From Octopus vulgaris (taxonomy: Eukaryota): 64,000 nucleotides of DNA. The translations under genes and the position numbers were made by a program. The stretch lies in the NCBI GenBank assembly GCA_951406725.2, contig OX597821.1, positions 17,484,001-17,548,000 of the forward strand, given 5' to 3'. Below are positions 12,139 through 25,950 of this stretch, in pieces. The notes beneath the pieces are model-generated. The model was not told the origin of the DNA. It did no database searches and saw only the letters and a list, made by a program, of their open reading frames with translations. Position 1 is the first letter of the stretch. Each line of letters starts with the position of its first letter.

Positions 12139-12510
12139 TCTTTTACTTGTTTCAGTCATTCGACTACAGCCATGCTGGGGCACCACCTCGAAGAATTTTG
12201 GTCAAATGAATTGACCCCAGGACTTATTTTTTGTAAGCCTAGTACTTATTCTATCAGTTTTTTTTGCTGAACCACTAAGTTTCAAGGACATAAACACACT
12301 AACATCATTTGTCAAGTGATGGCAGGGGGACAAATACACATACACATACACACACATACACGATGGGCTTCTTTAAGTTTCCATTTATCAAATTCACTCA
12401 CAAGGCTTTGATCAGCCCGAGGCTATAGTAGAAGACACTTGCCTAAGGTGTCACACAGTGGGACTGAACCTGGAACCATGTGGTTAGGAAGCAACTTCTT
12501 ACCACAGAGC
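12139..12510 (-). mobile_element. SINE-A, diverged
   Basis: Reverse-complement similarity over the full length. Confidence 0.75.
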
Positions 12511-12769
12511 CACACTACTTATTCTACCCATCTCTTTTGTCAAACCGTTAAGTTATGGGGATGTAAACACACCAACATTGATTGTGAAACAATGGTGAGA
12601 GACAAACACACACATACACACCACATATACACACACATCACACACATATACTGGAAGAAACATGCCCTAGGTGCCATACAGTGGTACTGAACCTGGAACC
12701 ATGTGATTAGAAAGCATATGTATATGTATGTGCAATATATATATGCATGTATGTGTAAGTATATACATA

Positions 12770-12934
12770 GGCGCAGGGGTGGCTGTGTGGTAAGTAGCTT
12801 GTTTACCAACCACATGGTTCCGGGTTCTGTCCCACTGCGTGGCATCTTGGGCAAGTGTCTTCTGCTATAGCCCCAGGCCGACCAATGCCTTGTGAGTGGA
12901 TTTGGTTGACGGAAACTGAAAGAAGCCTGTCGTA

Positions 12935-12985
<51 letters not shown>

Positions 12986-13189
12986 TTGTGTGTCTGTGTT
13001 TGTCCCCCTAGCATTGCTTGACAACCGATGCTGGTGTGTTTACGTCCCTGTCACTTAGCAGTTCGGCAAAAGAGACCGATAGAATAAGTACTGGGCTTAC
13101 AAAGAATAAGTCCTGGGGTCGATTTGCTCGACTAAAGGCAGTGCTCCAGCATGGCCGCAGTCAAATGACTGAAACAAGTAAAAGAGAAA

Positions 13190-13191
<2 letters not shown>
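12770..13191 (+). mobile_element. SINE-A, full length
   Basis: Near-identical to 4698-5121. Confidence 0.9.
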
Positions 13192-13246
<55 letters not shown>

Positions 13247-14525
13247 TACACTAGAAATGCCAGTAAGTAGTAACAGCAGAATGTTGAACCATTGATAAAT
13301 CCATCCTTATAAATCAACTGTGTTGCACATTACTCATTATCAGCCGTCTGGCTCGCTTTTGGCAAAGAGCTATTAAAAATGAACAATTCCTTGCGGCTTA
13401 AGTTTTCAAAAAAAAAGTTAATCCTTTAATGTAGAACTAAATCTGGAGAGTAGCAGAGAGCCAGAATAGTTGCTAAGGAGGGCAAGATTTTTGTCAGACC
13501 TACAATTTTTACAAACTATCACAATTGCTGATTAGCTAATGCTTCAGCTATTTTGTTGAAAAGTCATTGGTTTATATTCATCACTATAATTGCTGTGTAT
13601 CTCAAATGCAATAGAAGACTATTTCTATCCTTTTCACTTGGTAACAGAATTGATATGAGGGAGAGAGAGGGAACACGTGCACACTGACATACATGTTTGT
13701 GTGAATCTAGTGTTCACTTTATAACCCCTTGGTCTTAAGTTCTATATCTCCATATAGCACCTTGGGCAAGTGTCTTCTATTATATCCTGAGATCAACTAG
13801 TGTTAGGGGAATCAGTGATGGAAATTGTATGGAAGTCCATTGTATATTTATAAACATGAGAATGTGTGAGTGCATATGCACACATGTGTGTCGTTGTGTA
13901 GGTTTACATCCCATGTCCTCACTTAAATGTGTTGAGTAAAAAAAACTACCTCATGCCCCATCTAGAAATCATTCTATTGCTTTGCACTTTTGAAGACAAT
14001 TGCGATAGAAAAAAATCCCTTGCTTCACAAACAAGCAAGGGTTAAAGTGAGAGGAAAGGTATCCAGCTGCATAACAATATCTCAGTATGTACTCATCCAA
14101 CCCATTCTAGCATGGAAAATTATTTGTAAAACATACAAAGAGCATATATATATAAATGCGTGCAGGCATGGTTATGTGGTTAAGAAGTTTGCTTTTCAAC
14201 CACATAATTTCAGGTTCAGTCTTAGAGCATGGCGCCCTGGGCTTTGTAGATAGAAACTGAAAGACTCCAACTGTGAGTAAATATGGCTCTGTGGTATACA
14301 TGCACACACACACACACATACACATTTATTGGTGTAGGCTTAACTGTGTGGTTTTGAAGTTTGCTTCCCAACTGTATAGCATTAAGTTCAGTCCCACTCC
14401 AAGGCACCTTAAGCAAGTGTCTTTTGCTATAGCCTCAGGGCAACAAAAGCCTTGCAAGAAGTAAGTGGAAACTGAAAGAAGCCCATTGTATGTGTGTATT
14501 TTTGAGTCTATGTTTACCCTACTCT

Positions 14526-14566
14526 TCTCTGATGAGAACCTAATAAGGTTCAAAAACCAGTTCAGA
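14526..14566 (+). ncRNA. Decayed minimal type I hammerhead ribozyme motif
   Basis: TCT-CTGATGA-GAACC(taataa)GGTTC-aAAAACCaGTTC-AGA. Two G>A changes at CpG sites separate it from a canonical core with palindromic stem III. Confidence 0.55.
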
Positions 14567-15308
14567 TCATTCATCATTTTTGTTTCAATCTATGGAGAAG
14601 TAGTTAAATTTCTTTTGTTTGTATATCTACAACAAAGGTTTACATATATAATTTGGTCAACTGTATATGTGTATATACATGTGTGTGTGTGTGTAAATAT
14701 GACACATAAAAAGCACTCACTACACTTTTGGAGTGGTTGGCATTAGGAAGAGCATCCAGCTGTTGAAACCATTCCAAATAAGATTGAAACCTGGTGCAGC
14801 TTACTAGTTTTCAGTCAAACCATCCATACCAGCATAGAAAATGGATATTAAATGATGATGATGATCATGTGTGTGTGTAAAACCAATACTGGCAACTACT
14901 TACAGTTTCTTAGTCTGACTTCCAAAATGCAAAAAATTCCCCAGTAGTTGGTAGTGGTGGTTTCAACTGGCTAACTTAAATGCATGCTCTACTTTATGGT
15001 GTTGAGTGCTTTGTTTCTTTCACTACAACTACAAGCTCGCAGATACACATACACACCAAAGGAATAGTAGCAAATGCTGCATGTGACAACTGAAAATCAA
15101 CATGGTTGCAGTGCCAAGACAGAAAAACCTCTCACCTAAGAAGGATTAAAATGAATGCCAGTTTTAAAACCCTGATTGCTGTCAATAATGATGGCACAAG
15201 AGCATAGAAGGAAGAAAAAGCTGTTGCCAGTTAAATTTCATTTTGTTTATTTATAAACCAAAGATAAAATATCAATACAGTTGGATTTTATTTCATTTTA
15301 TTTTATCA

Positions 15309-15360
<52 letters not shown>

Positions 15361-16974
15361 TTTAATCCTTTCCCACAACAGGTTGACCCTTTACAAATGG
15401 TCATTAATAATATCATCATCATCATCATCATCATTATCTTCATTGTTGTTGTTCTCGTCTAGAATCCAAATATAGAACCCTAATCTAGTGGTAATTAACT
15501 TACTTGATAGAAATAGCTATAGATATCTAACTAGTTGTCTTCAAATTTCTAGCAATGGCCTGTAAAAAAACAAAAATGTGTCTCTCTTATTTTAGTCCTC
15601 ATCAGCATCGTTATCATCATCAGCAGCAGTGGCAGAAACTTTGTTTTTATGCTGGCTATTCCCAGACTGACATGGGTTGCATGAGACACTTTGAGACAGT
15701 ATTCTACAACCAGATGCCCTTTCTGATGCCAACCCTTATGTTTTCAGCTAAGATACTTTATACCACATTTTCACATATCAACCTGCCAAGCTGCCAGACT
15801 CTGTTTATAGGTAAGATGTGAGGAAGTGTTACTGCTGCCCCAGTAGTGTTAATACGAACACACACACACACACGTTGGGCTTCTGACTTCTTTCCATTTT
15901 ACAAAATCCACTAACAGAGCATTAATCAACCCTGGGCTATAGTCTGTAGTAGATGATGAAAGGCATGACCTTGTCACACCAAGAGAGCTTATACTCATGG
16001 TTGTAGCTGTGTCATGAAGGTAGAATCGTGCCAAATTGGTCCTTCTACATGTGGGTAAAGAAACAATACCAAAAGCCCATGTTTTATTCAGTCAGCACTG
16101 TAATTTTGTGTTCTGTACTTTGGAGGCTGTCTGAACTTTGTATGACATCTCAGAGAATCATTAACTGACAGAATCCACACATATGAGTAGAACATGATGG
16201 AATTTCAAAGCCCACCTCAAGGAAGTGTTATATCCAGATGCTTCCTCCAAAGGTGAGCTAGCTACTACTTTGCATAGTAGAATATCATTTTGAGCTGCTG
16301 TGAATCCCCAATTGTGGAGTCCCAATGCCCAACAACAGTCAAAAGCCATGCTCTTGGGATTAGGCTTGTGTGCCTCTTGGCCTTGCTCAACTGTAGTCCA
16401 TCAGGCTTCAGTTCCTCTTTGTGATTGTCCTCTTGAGACAGGTGTCAAGGAGGTTAGGATCAGTCTTTCACCAATACACTCATATGAATTAAATGTGGGT
16501 TGATAGATGCATCTCTGGGATGTGTGGCACTGTCCACATTTAAAACCCAGGGCTAACTACAGCCTACAATCTGCAGCCTAGTGATTGTGGACCCCACAGA
16601 CTAAAGGAAGTCTGTTTCCTTGAAGAAGTCAGCTTCATTTTTTGAGCCTTTTCACCGGTAGAAATTAGCTGTTGTTTCTGACTCTCTGCAAACAAAGTTC
16701 AAATCTTGGTAACAGGTGAGGGTAGGTGACTGGAAGGGCCTCAATAAACTCTGTCTGACTCATGCAAGCATGGAAAACTGGACATTAAAATGATGATGAT
16801 AAGGTAGGTGATGGATTGGTAGATTCTTTAGAATAATAGAAACAATGCCTTGTGGTATTTGTTCAAGCTCTTTACATTCTGAGTTTAAAATCCCATTTGA
16901 CAACTGGTATTGGTTTGTTTACATCCCTATAATTAGTAGTTCAGTAGAAAAGTAACTGATAAAATAAGTAGGTA

Positions 16975-17228
16975 TTAACTCTTTTGATACCAACCTGCCC
17001 AGTTCTATGAGACCATTCCTGGTTCTATGATATAAACCATCTAATTTTAAAGTGATATAAATTAAAACCATCCATCACAGTTTCATGTTAATTAATGCAT
17101 CAAACACCATCTTATTAAAGATAAGGTTATTTAATTAAATTCTTCATCAAAATTGTTCATTATTTTAAAAATTATTTGAAAACAAAAGTCGTTTATTTTT
17201 GTAGAAATATGGTAACAAAAAGGGTTTT
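16975..17228. mobile_element. Second TTAA/CCC-type MITE family, decayed. Inverted partial copies lie at about 31565-31703 and 34401-34485.
   Basis: Ends are TTAACTCTTTTGATACC and GGTAACAAAAAGGGTT. Reverse-complement matches are GGTTGGTATCAAATGGG (31684) and TAACCCTTTTGTTACC (34401). Confidence 0.55.
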
Positions 17229-17739
17229 AAAATAAAGTTTGATTTGATTGACAGAAGTATAAAAAAGAATAAAAATTAAAGTTGTTGCTCCAGTATGACT
17301 GCAGTCCAGTGACTGAAACATGGCAAAGAGTACACAAGGAAAAAAAATGTCCCTTCTTAATATTGTCTGTGTTTTATCAATTAAGGTTGAATTAATTAAA
17401 TACTAGTTTATATCAGATGTCTAATTCAATTAACTGGCCTTGTACTTAATTAAAAGAAATTAGCCTCATCAATCTTATCATCATTATTTTTATTACTATG
17501 ACCATGTGATACATTGAGTTTCGGAGGGGGAATGTAGTTTACGATTGATGTCATGTGTCTTTATATCAGAAGTTTTACTTATTATGTTGTGATTATTGTT
17601 CTTTGGAAAGGCATCACTATCATAGATATCTGCTCCCTTTTTCCTGTAACCTTTTTGTTGAATTTCCATTGGTGATTTCTAACATTTAATCATTATTGTT
17701 ATTGATGTAATTTCCTATAATATCCTCATCATTTTCAGT

Positions 17740-18030
17740 GTCATCATCATCATTATCATCACCAAGTGTCATCATCATCATTATCATCACCAAGTGTCAT
17801 CATTATCATCATCAACGATATCATTATTGATCGTGTTATCCTTATCATCACCATTATCATCAATAATATCACCATTTTCAACATCACATCAGGCATATCC
17901 TTACCAATACTGTCATCACCAACATCATTAGTACTATTATCAACAGTATCATTACCATCATCATCAGTAATATCATTTACAATACTGTCACTTCATTGTC
18001 ATCATCATTGTTATCAATATCAATGATATC
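17740..18030. repeat. Degenerate (CAT/TCA)n low-complexity tract
   Basis: Direct reading. It includes a duplicated unit TCATCACCAAGTGTCATCA. Confidence 0.85.
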
Positions 18031-18658
18031 TTTACCAATACATTCAATTATTTGAGCTCTTAATGAAAACACAAAGCAGTTCATGCCTGGCATTCATAAC
18101 AAATTAATTAAAAAACAAAAGAAATTTCTTTTCTGCTAGACATTTCTAATCTTTCTCCGCCTCCCTATGATTTACCATTGTCAGTAATTGATGCAACACG
18201 CTGGTAATGTTTCTTCTGCCAAATACAAATTCTTTGTATTTAATCTTAGAGAGTGTAATTTCTATCTGGAAACCATGGCCACATGGTAAAGAATTTCATT
18301 TCAGAGCCATGTGGCTTTTGTGTTAATTTCCACTGTGTGGACACTGTATCTTTAACTATAGTCACAAGTTGACCCATACTTTGTGAGTCAAATTTGGTTG
18401 ATGGATACTGGAAGAACTCATCATCATCTGGTGAAGCTTGCTTAGACATTTTTAACTTGCACACACCATCCATCTTGGTCCTGAATTAGTCGAAGGAGGT
18501 CTTTGGGGAAGTGTCCAGTGTTTCTGGTGTGTTGATCTACATCATATGTTGTTTTCAAACGACCTTCTCAAGTATGACCATGCTTTGGCATCCATAGCAT
18601 TGAATCACTTGTCTGCTCATCATACACACACACATAAACATATATTTATCTTTATATA

Positions 18659-19986
18659 TCATCATCATCATCATCATTTAGCGTCCGCTTTCCATGCTAG
18701 CATGGGTTGGACGGTTCTACTGGGGTCTGGGAAGCCAGAAGGCTGCATCAGGCCCAGTCTGATCTGGCAGTGTTTCTACAGCTGCATGCCCTTCCTAACG
18801 CCAACCACTCCGTGAGTGTAGTGGGTGCTTTTTACGTGCCACCCGCACAGGTGCCAGACGGAGCTGGCAAACGGCCACAAACGGATGGTGCTTTTACGTG
18901 CCACCGGCATGGGGGCCAGGCGAGGCTGGCAACGGACACGAGCGGATGGTGCTTTACGTGCCACCGGCATGGGGGCCAGGTGAGGCTGGCAATGGACACG
19001 AACTGATGGTGCTTTTTACGTGCCACCAGCACGAGGCCAGTCGGGGCGGCGCTGGCATTGGTCACAAACGGATAGTTCTCTTACGCGCCACCGGCACTGG
19101 TAACTCAGCTGCAATTTCCATTGATCGATTTCGATTCTGATCCTCACTTGCCTCAACAGGTCTTCACAAATAGAGTTTTGTGTCCCAAGAAGGGAAGGTA
19201 TGCATACATGGGCTGGCTACATCCCATGTAGAAGGCCACAGGTTATAGTCTCACTTGTCCTGCCGGGTCTTCTCGCACACAGCATACTTCCAGAGGTCTC
19301 GGTCTCTAGTCATTTCCTCAGTGAGACCTAGAGTTCGAGGGTCGTGCTTCACCACCTCGTCCCAGGTTTTCCTGGGTCTGCCTCTTCCACAGGTTCCCTC
19401 AACCGCTAGGGTGTGGCACTTTTTCACACAACTATCTTCATCCATCCTTGCCACATGCCCATACCAGCACACACGTCTCTCTTGCACACCACAACTGATG
19501 CTTCTTAGGTCCAGCTATTCTCTCAAGGTACTTACACTCTGTCGAGTATGAGTACTGACATTACACATCCATTGGAACATACTGGCTTCATTTCTTGCAA
19601 GCTTACGCATATCCTCAGCAGTCACGGCCCATGTTTCACTGCCATGTAGCATGGCTGTTCGTACACACGCATCATACAGTCTGCCTTTTACTCTGAGTGA
19701 GAGGCCTTTTGTCACCAGCAGAAGTAAGAGTTCTCTGAACTTTGCTCAAGCTATTCTTACTCTAGCAGTTATACTTTCAGCACACCCGCCCCCGCTGCTG
19801 ACTTGGTCACCTAGGTAACGGAAGCTATCAACTATTTCTAGTTTTTCTCCCTGGAAAGTGACAGAAGTTGGTCTCAGAGCATTTTCAGTGTTTATTGTTC
19901 CTGAGCATCTGCCACATACAAAAACCATCTTCCTAGTTAGCCTTCCTTTGACATTGCTGCACCTCTTATGTGTCCATAGCTTACAC

Positions 19987-19987
<1 letters not shown>
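18659..19987 (-). mobile_element. Second 5'-truncated RTE copy with premature stops
   Basis: Minus-strand ORF pieces 19746-19988, 19515-19715 and 19251-19487 are nearly identical to the C-terminal part of the 6484-8090 ORF. The (TCA)n tail is at 18659-18677. Confidence 0.92.
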
Positions 19988-20024
<37 letters not shown>

Positions 20025-20983
20025 ATATGTGTCTGTATTTCTTCACCCTCATTCCATGCTGGCATGGATTGTACAATTTGATAGGATCTGACTGGAATAA
20101 TAACCACATCATGCTTCAATATCTGCTTTAACATAGTTTCTACGTCTCAATGCCCTTTATAATACCAGCCATTTTACTGTGTGTACTGGGTGCTTTTTCT
20201 TTTTTTTGGCTCTTCTTGTAGCATTAGCACTAACGGGTCACCATGAAGCTTGCAGACTTAGATCCCCCTTGACTAGGCTATAGTAGAGGTGGAGACAGAG
20301 GGAAGGAAACAGAACCCATGGTTTGTTCACTGTCCAAAGAGTACAAACTTCATTTCAGCCTTGGGCCACTATTCAGTGATTAATAATTCCAGTTATAAAT
20401 ATTTATTTTCAATGTCTAAATTATGGTTGTATAATAGACATCTATATCTATTTCAGGATGTAATAGGCTTAATTACCTAAAACTGTTTTACAGAGTGCCA
20501 AAATCCTCCAAAATCTTGCATTTCAATTTTTTTTCTTATTTTTAAAACTTCCTGGAAAATAGTTGGCAAGGACTTTATCTATTTGTAATGTATTCCTGAA
20601 GTAAGCTGCTTGTATAAAGTTTCAAAGTTGAATGTCTGTCTTAAGATATTAGAGATTAGATATGGCTCTAAATTTAGTGTGATCCTCAAATCCATCTTCC
20701 CACATCCCCCCAGTTTGAATGCCTATAAAATTGGAACCATACATAGTTTTCAGTATTGACTAGGTATAAGGACTACTTCACTTAGAAAAAAACCTTCAGG
20801 CAATTTAAAAGACACTGTCTTTCAAGCATGGTTCACAAGTAGCTCAAATGCCTCTATTCAATCCATAGAAGAGGAGAGTTTGGTAAAAAAAAAAATAAAT
20901 AAATAAATAAAATTTAAAAAAAAACTTGCTATCTTCATTTCAATTTTCATATCTTTCCTCACTTATGGTCAGGAGTTGCTATA

Positions 20984-21146
20984 GGCACAGGAGTGGCTGT
21001 ATGGTAAGTAGCTTGCTTACCAACCACATGGTTCCAGGTTCAGTCCCACTGTGTGGCACCTTCAGCAAGTGTCTTCTACTATAGCCTCAGGCTGACCAAA
21101 GCCTTGTGAGTGGATTTGGTAGATGGAAACTGAAAGAGGCCCGTCG

Positions 21147-21177
<31 letters not shown>

Positions 21178-21386
21178 GTATATGTTTGTGTGTCTGTGTT
21201 TGTACCCCCAACATCGCTTGATAACCGATGCTGGTGTGTTTACGTCCCCGTCACTTAGCAGTTCTGCAAGAGAGACCGAGAGAATAAGTACTAGGCTTAC
21301 AAAGAATAAGTCCTATGGTCGATTTGTTCGACTAAAGGCGGTGCTCCAGCATGGCCGCAGTCAAATGACTGAAACAAATAAAAGAA
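20984..21386 (+). mobile_element. SINE-A, full length
   Basis: Homologous to 4698-5121. Confidence 0.9.
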
Positions 21387-21479
21387 TGTTGGTTAATATC
21401 CAATAGAACACTATTAAAAATGCAAGTGGCTGAAATGGCGTTCCCCTGAAGGACCTCTGGGGTAACATTACTCAACTGG

Positions 21480-21690
21480 ATGTGTCGTTTGGCGATCAAG
21501 GAGTCTCACCAGGTCAAGCAGAATTCACAGCTCCATTATTATGGAGATTTGATTAGAATGTCTCAGGAAAGTATCACAAGACATATACTTCAAAGTGAAT
21601 CAACTGGCAGGAGACCAACAGGTAGACCAAGTATGAGATTGTTGGATAATAACCAGATTATCAGTTGGTTACACTTGGGAAAGTGAAATG
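21480..21690 (+). mobile_element. Old RTE-like ORF2 C-terminal relic from a different family
   Basis: SQLHYYGDLIRM...GRRPTGRPSMRLLD resembles the RTE motif RLRWYGHxxRM...GKRPRGRPxxRWxD. Confidence 0.6.
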
Positions 21691-22137
21691 AATGTGACCT
21701 CTGACTGTACCCCATAGAGGAGGTACCTGAGGACTTTATTCCCATGACTCTCCCAAGAGTGGTTGGCAGAGAAGATGGATGGATGAACTTCTATTATTAT
21801 AGCATAAATTTCACTGGAGCAATACCACAGCTGTTCCCTCTCGCCACAAAAAGTAAGCTTTATAGAAAAGAGAGTGTTTGAAGTGTGATGCTAATGCCAT
21901 TCCAAAGTATATCAGTATATCAGTCAAATGAAATAATAACAAAGAGTCAAAACTTGTTCATAGTTTTGCCTTGCCCTAAGTTTATGTTCTATAGGTTACT
22001 ACCAAGAAATACTCATACGCACATATACCTTAATTTTATATTCATTTAATAACAGACGTCTTAAAATGTAAATGTATCTATTATCAATCAGTCAGAAAAT
22101 GTGTAAGCATAATATAGTGTGTCTGTGTGTATGTATG

Positions 22138-22173
<36 letters not shown>

Positions 22174-22203
22174 TCTATCTATCTATCATCGTTTAACGTC
22201 CGT

Positions 22204-22301
22204 TTTCTATGCTAGCATGGGTTGGACGATTTTGACTGAGGGCTGGCGAACCAGATGGCCAGCCCTCAGTCAAAATCATCCAACCCATGCTAGCATGGAA
22301 A
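22204..22301. repeat. Inverted repeat of an RTE 3' tip
   Basis: Arms 22204-22247 / 22258-22301. Confidence 0.85.
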
Positions 22302-22886
22302 GTATGTATGTATGTATGTACACAGATAGATAGATTTTGTGTGTGTGCTTCTCCATATACATACATATATGAGGACAAGATGCAGTGAAATTTAGGTGTA
22401 AAGGAAACAGCTGAGATAACTTTATTTTAAATGTTTCAGCAAAAAGAATTATAAAAAAAAAGTCTTGCTTATACATTGACACGTAATTAAACCATCTAAA
22501 TTGCCACTTCATCATCATCAGTTTTTTTTTCTGTGTCTTTGATTTTCTTTTCTTTCTTTTTCTATCCACAGTGCTTGGTTTGTTTGTTGGTATATTTCAT
22601 AATTGACAGTTAGTAGTTTGATTTCTGTCGAGTATAAATCATCGGTCTTCTTGCTAAAGTGGATTTCTTTTTAATAGTTTTTAATTCATTTTATTTTTAG
22701 TGGTTTTTTTATAGGCACTGGCATGGAAGTAATGTAAGAGGTTTGCTTCCCAACCACATGCTTTTGGGATTCAGTCCCACCACGCAGCACTTTCGACAAG
22801 TTTCTTCACCTATAGTCCCACACCAGCCATAGCCTTGTGAACAGATTCGGTTGAACAAAACTGAAAGAAACTTGTATATCTGTCTG

Positions 22887-22925
<39 letters not shown>

Positions 22926-22945
22926 CTTTCTCTCTCCCTCTCTCG

Positions 22946-22985
<40 letters not shown>

Positions 22986-24105
22986 CTTTGTGTGTGTGTG
23001 TGTCCTGCATCACTGCTTGAAAACCAGTGTCGGGTTGTGGTTGTTTACATTTTTGCTACTTAACAGTTCAGCAAAACAGACCAACAGAATAAGAACCAGA
23101 TTTTATAAGGTGTAAGTACTGGAGCCAAAATTTTATGTCATACAATTTTTGTATTCAAATTATTTAGCACTGAAATCTGTGATGTTTTAGTTAATTGTTT
23201 GTCAAAATATTTCTATCTTCAGATAATTTTCTTTGAATTTCAGAAGAAAATTATTGACAATGATGCCAGTCTCTGAATCTTAGATCTGCAGTAATTATGT
23301 ATGAAAATCTTTTGCTGGTTCCAACTAATTGGTTTTAGCATTACTGTAACATCATCATCTCTAGAACTACAGAGCCTATTGGGCAAAGTTTAACCACTTA
23401 TCTATGAGGTGCTATATCAGTTGGGTGTATCATCATTATCATCATCAACATCTGTTTTCCATGCTGGTATGGGTTGGACAGCTTGACAGGAATTGGTATG
23501 ACCAGGATCTTCACCCGGTTCCATAGTCTGTTTTGGGTTGGTTTCTACAGCTGGAAGCCCCTCCTAATGTCAATCACTCCACACAGTGAACTGGGTGCCT
23601 TTTACTTGGTGCCTTCATCAGTGCTTTTAACATGGCACCAGCACCCACATCAACGCTTTTTACATAGCACTTTGGTTTTAGGATCTTGACTCTGTGTTGG
23701 TGGGCAAGTCTTAAGTACAGCAATGCACCACATATCTCAGTCCTCAGTCATCTCCTCTGTAAGGTTCAGTGTTTTCTTTGTCCCTTGTCATCCTGAGTCT
23801 CCCCCTTCTGCAACTTTCCTCCACTTTAAGTGTTTAAGTGATCAGCACTTCTTTACGCAATCGTCTGCATCCTGTAAAAACTCCCGCAATCTTGACTCTA
23901 AAGTACTATTAGTAGTAACATCCACTTTGAGGTTGGTTCTGAAGATATGCAACTTAACCCACACAGCTAACATATCTACATATATGTCCTTCTATGTAGA
24001 AATACATGATTAGCATATATTACTGGGCTTGCATTAACTTATTACCTACAGCTATACGTTTAATTTAATTTCCATTAGCAACCAAAAAGTTATACTGCAC
24101 AATAG

Positions 24106-24155
<50 letters not shown>

Positions 24156-24200
24156 TTATATATACATGTGTATATATATATATATATATATATATGTGTA

Positions 24201-24261
<61 letters not shown>

Positions 24262-24613
24262 AGAGTGTGAGAGATAAATATTGCTGTGTCAAACAAAAAT
24301 TTACTTACAGGAAATCAATTTTAGAAGAAACAAAGAGAGGGAGATGGAAGAGACAGAAAGAGCAGAGGTGTGGGGGGGGATGTATTGGAAGAGATTGAAA
24401 CTAAGCGAAGTAGGCGTAAGGAAATAGAAGAAAATATATCGGTTTCTCTCTAAATTTAGTGGAAGATAAAATAAAAGGCTTGCATACATTTTCTACTGTG
24501 TGTTTGTGTGTGTGTGCGTGCAGTTACATGTACATACTTCTGAACACATAAACACTCACATAAGCATGTGTAAAGAGAAAAAATAGATGTCGATATACTT
24601 TCATGTGTGTGTG

Positions 24614-24648
<35 letters not shown>

Positions 24649-24650
24649 TA

Positions 24651-25045
24651 GGTGCAGGAGTGGATGTGTGGTAAGTAGCTTGCTTGCGATCCACATCATG
24701 GTTCCGGGTTCAGTCCCACTGCGTAACACCTTGGGCAAGTGTCTTCTACTATAGCCTCGGGCCAACCAAAGCCTTGTGAGTGGATTTGGTAGACGGAAAC
24801 TGAAAGAAGCCCGTCGTATATATGTATATATATATATATGTGTGCATGTTTGTCCCCCTAGCATTGCTTGACAACCGATGCTGGTGTGTTTATGTCCCCG
24901 TCACTTAGCGGTTTGGCAAAACAGACTGATAGAATAAGTACTGGGCTTACAAAGAATAAGTCCCGGGGTCGAGTTGCTCGACTAAAGGTGGTGCTCCAGC
25001 ATGGCCGCAGTCAACTGACTGAAACAAGTGAAAGAGTAAAAGAGT
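24651..25045 (+). mobile_element. SINE-A, full length
   Basis: Homologous to 4698-5121. Confidence 0.9.
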
Positions 25046-25082
25046 ATATATATAGATAGATAGATATATACACACACACACG

Positions 25083-25205
25083 TATTCTTTGTAAGCCCAG
25101 TACTTATTCTATCGGTCTCTTTTGCCGAACCGCTAAGTGACGGGGACGTAAACACACCAGCATCGGTTGTCAAGCAATGCTAGGGGGACAAACACAGACA
25201 CACAT

Positions 25206-25252
<47 letters not shown>

Positions 25253-25414
25253 TACGACAGGCTTCTTTCAGTTTCCGTCTACCAAATCCACTCACAAGGC
25301 ATTGGTCGACCCGGGGCTATAGCAGAAGACACTTGCCCAAGGTGCCACGCAGTGGGACTGGACCCAGAACCATGTGGTTGGTAAACAAGCTACTTACCAC
25401 ACAGCCACTCCTGC
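25083..25414 (-). mobile_element. SINE-A lacking its 3' end, tail-to-tail with the previous copy
   Basis: Reverse complement of 24653-24960. Confidence 0.9.
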
Positions 25415-25763
25415 AGAAAAAGTAATGAAATACGCAATGACCTCAAGACAAAACTTTGGCTATTATATATATATATATATATAAGAAAATCTCACTTTTC
25501 CTTCAGTAATGTAATAACACTGCATTGTTATTTGTTATAGATCTTGTTTTTGATGTGGTTCTCTTTATCTGTCACTCCGTCCTGCTGTGTACTCTTCCTC
25601 CTCCTCCACCTTGCTCTTTTCTCTTTTCATCAAGATTATATATGTTAGTCTCTTTACATAAAGTAATATTAACCCTTTCTAGTTTTGACATCTGGGTCAA
25701 ATGTAATTGGACCCTTGTCAAAAAATATGATTACATAGTTATGTAAAAGCAATGGTGAAGTAG

Positions 25764-25822
<59 letters not shown>

Positions 25823-25950
25823 TATGTGTGCATGTGTATGTATATGCATGTGTTTGTGTGTGTGTATACTCACTCATACATACATACATACATACACACA
25901 CATATGTATATATGTATGTATGTATATATATATATGTTTATATATATGTA

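Noticed and set aside
22600-22675. Possible pre-miRNA hairpin
   Set aside because: Only about 7 bp of terminal pairing, and no match to a miRNA I recognise.
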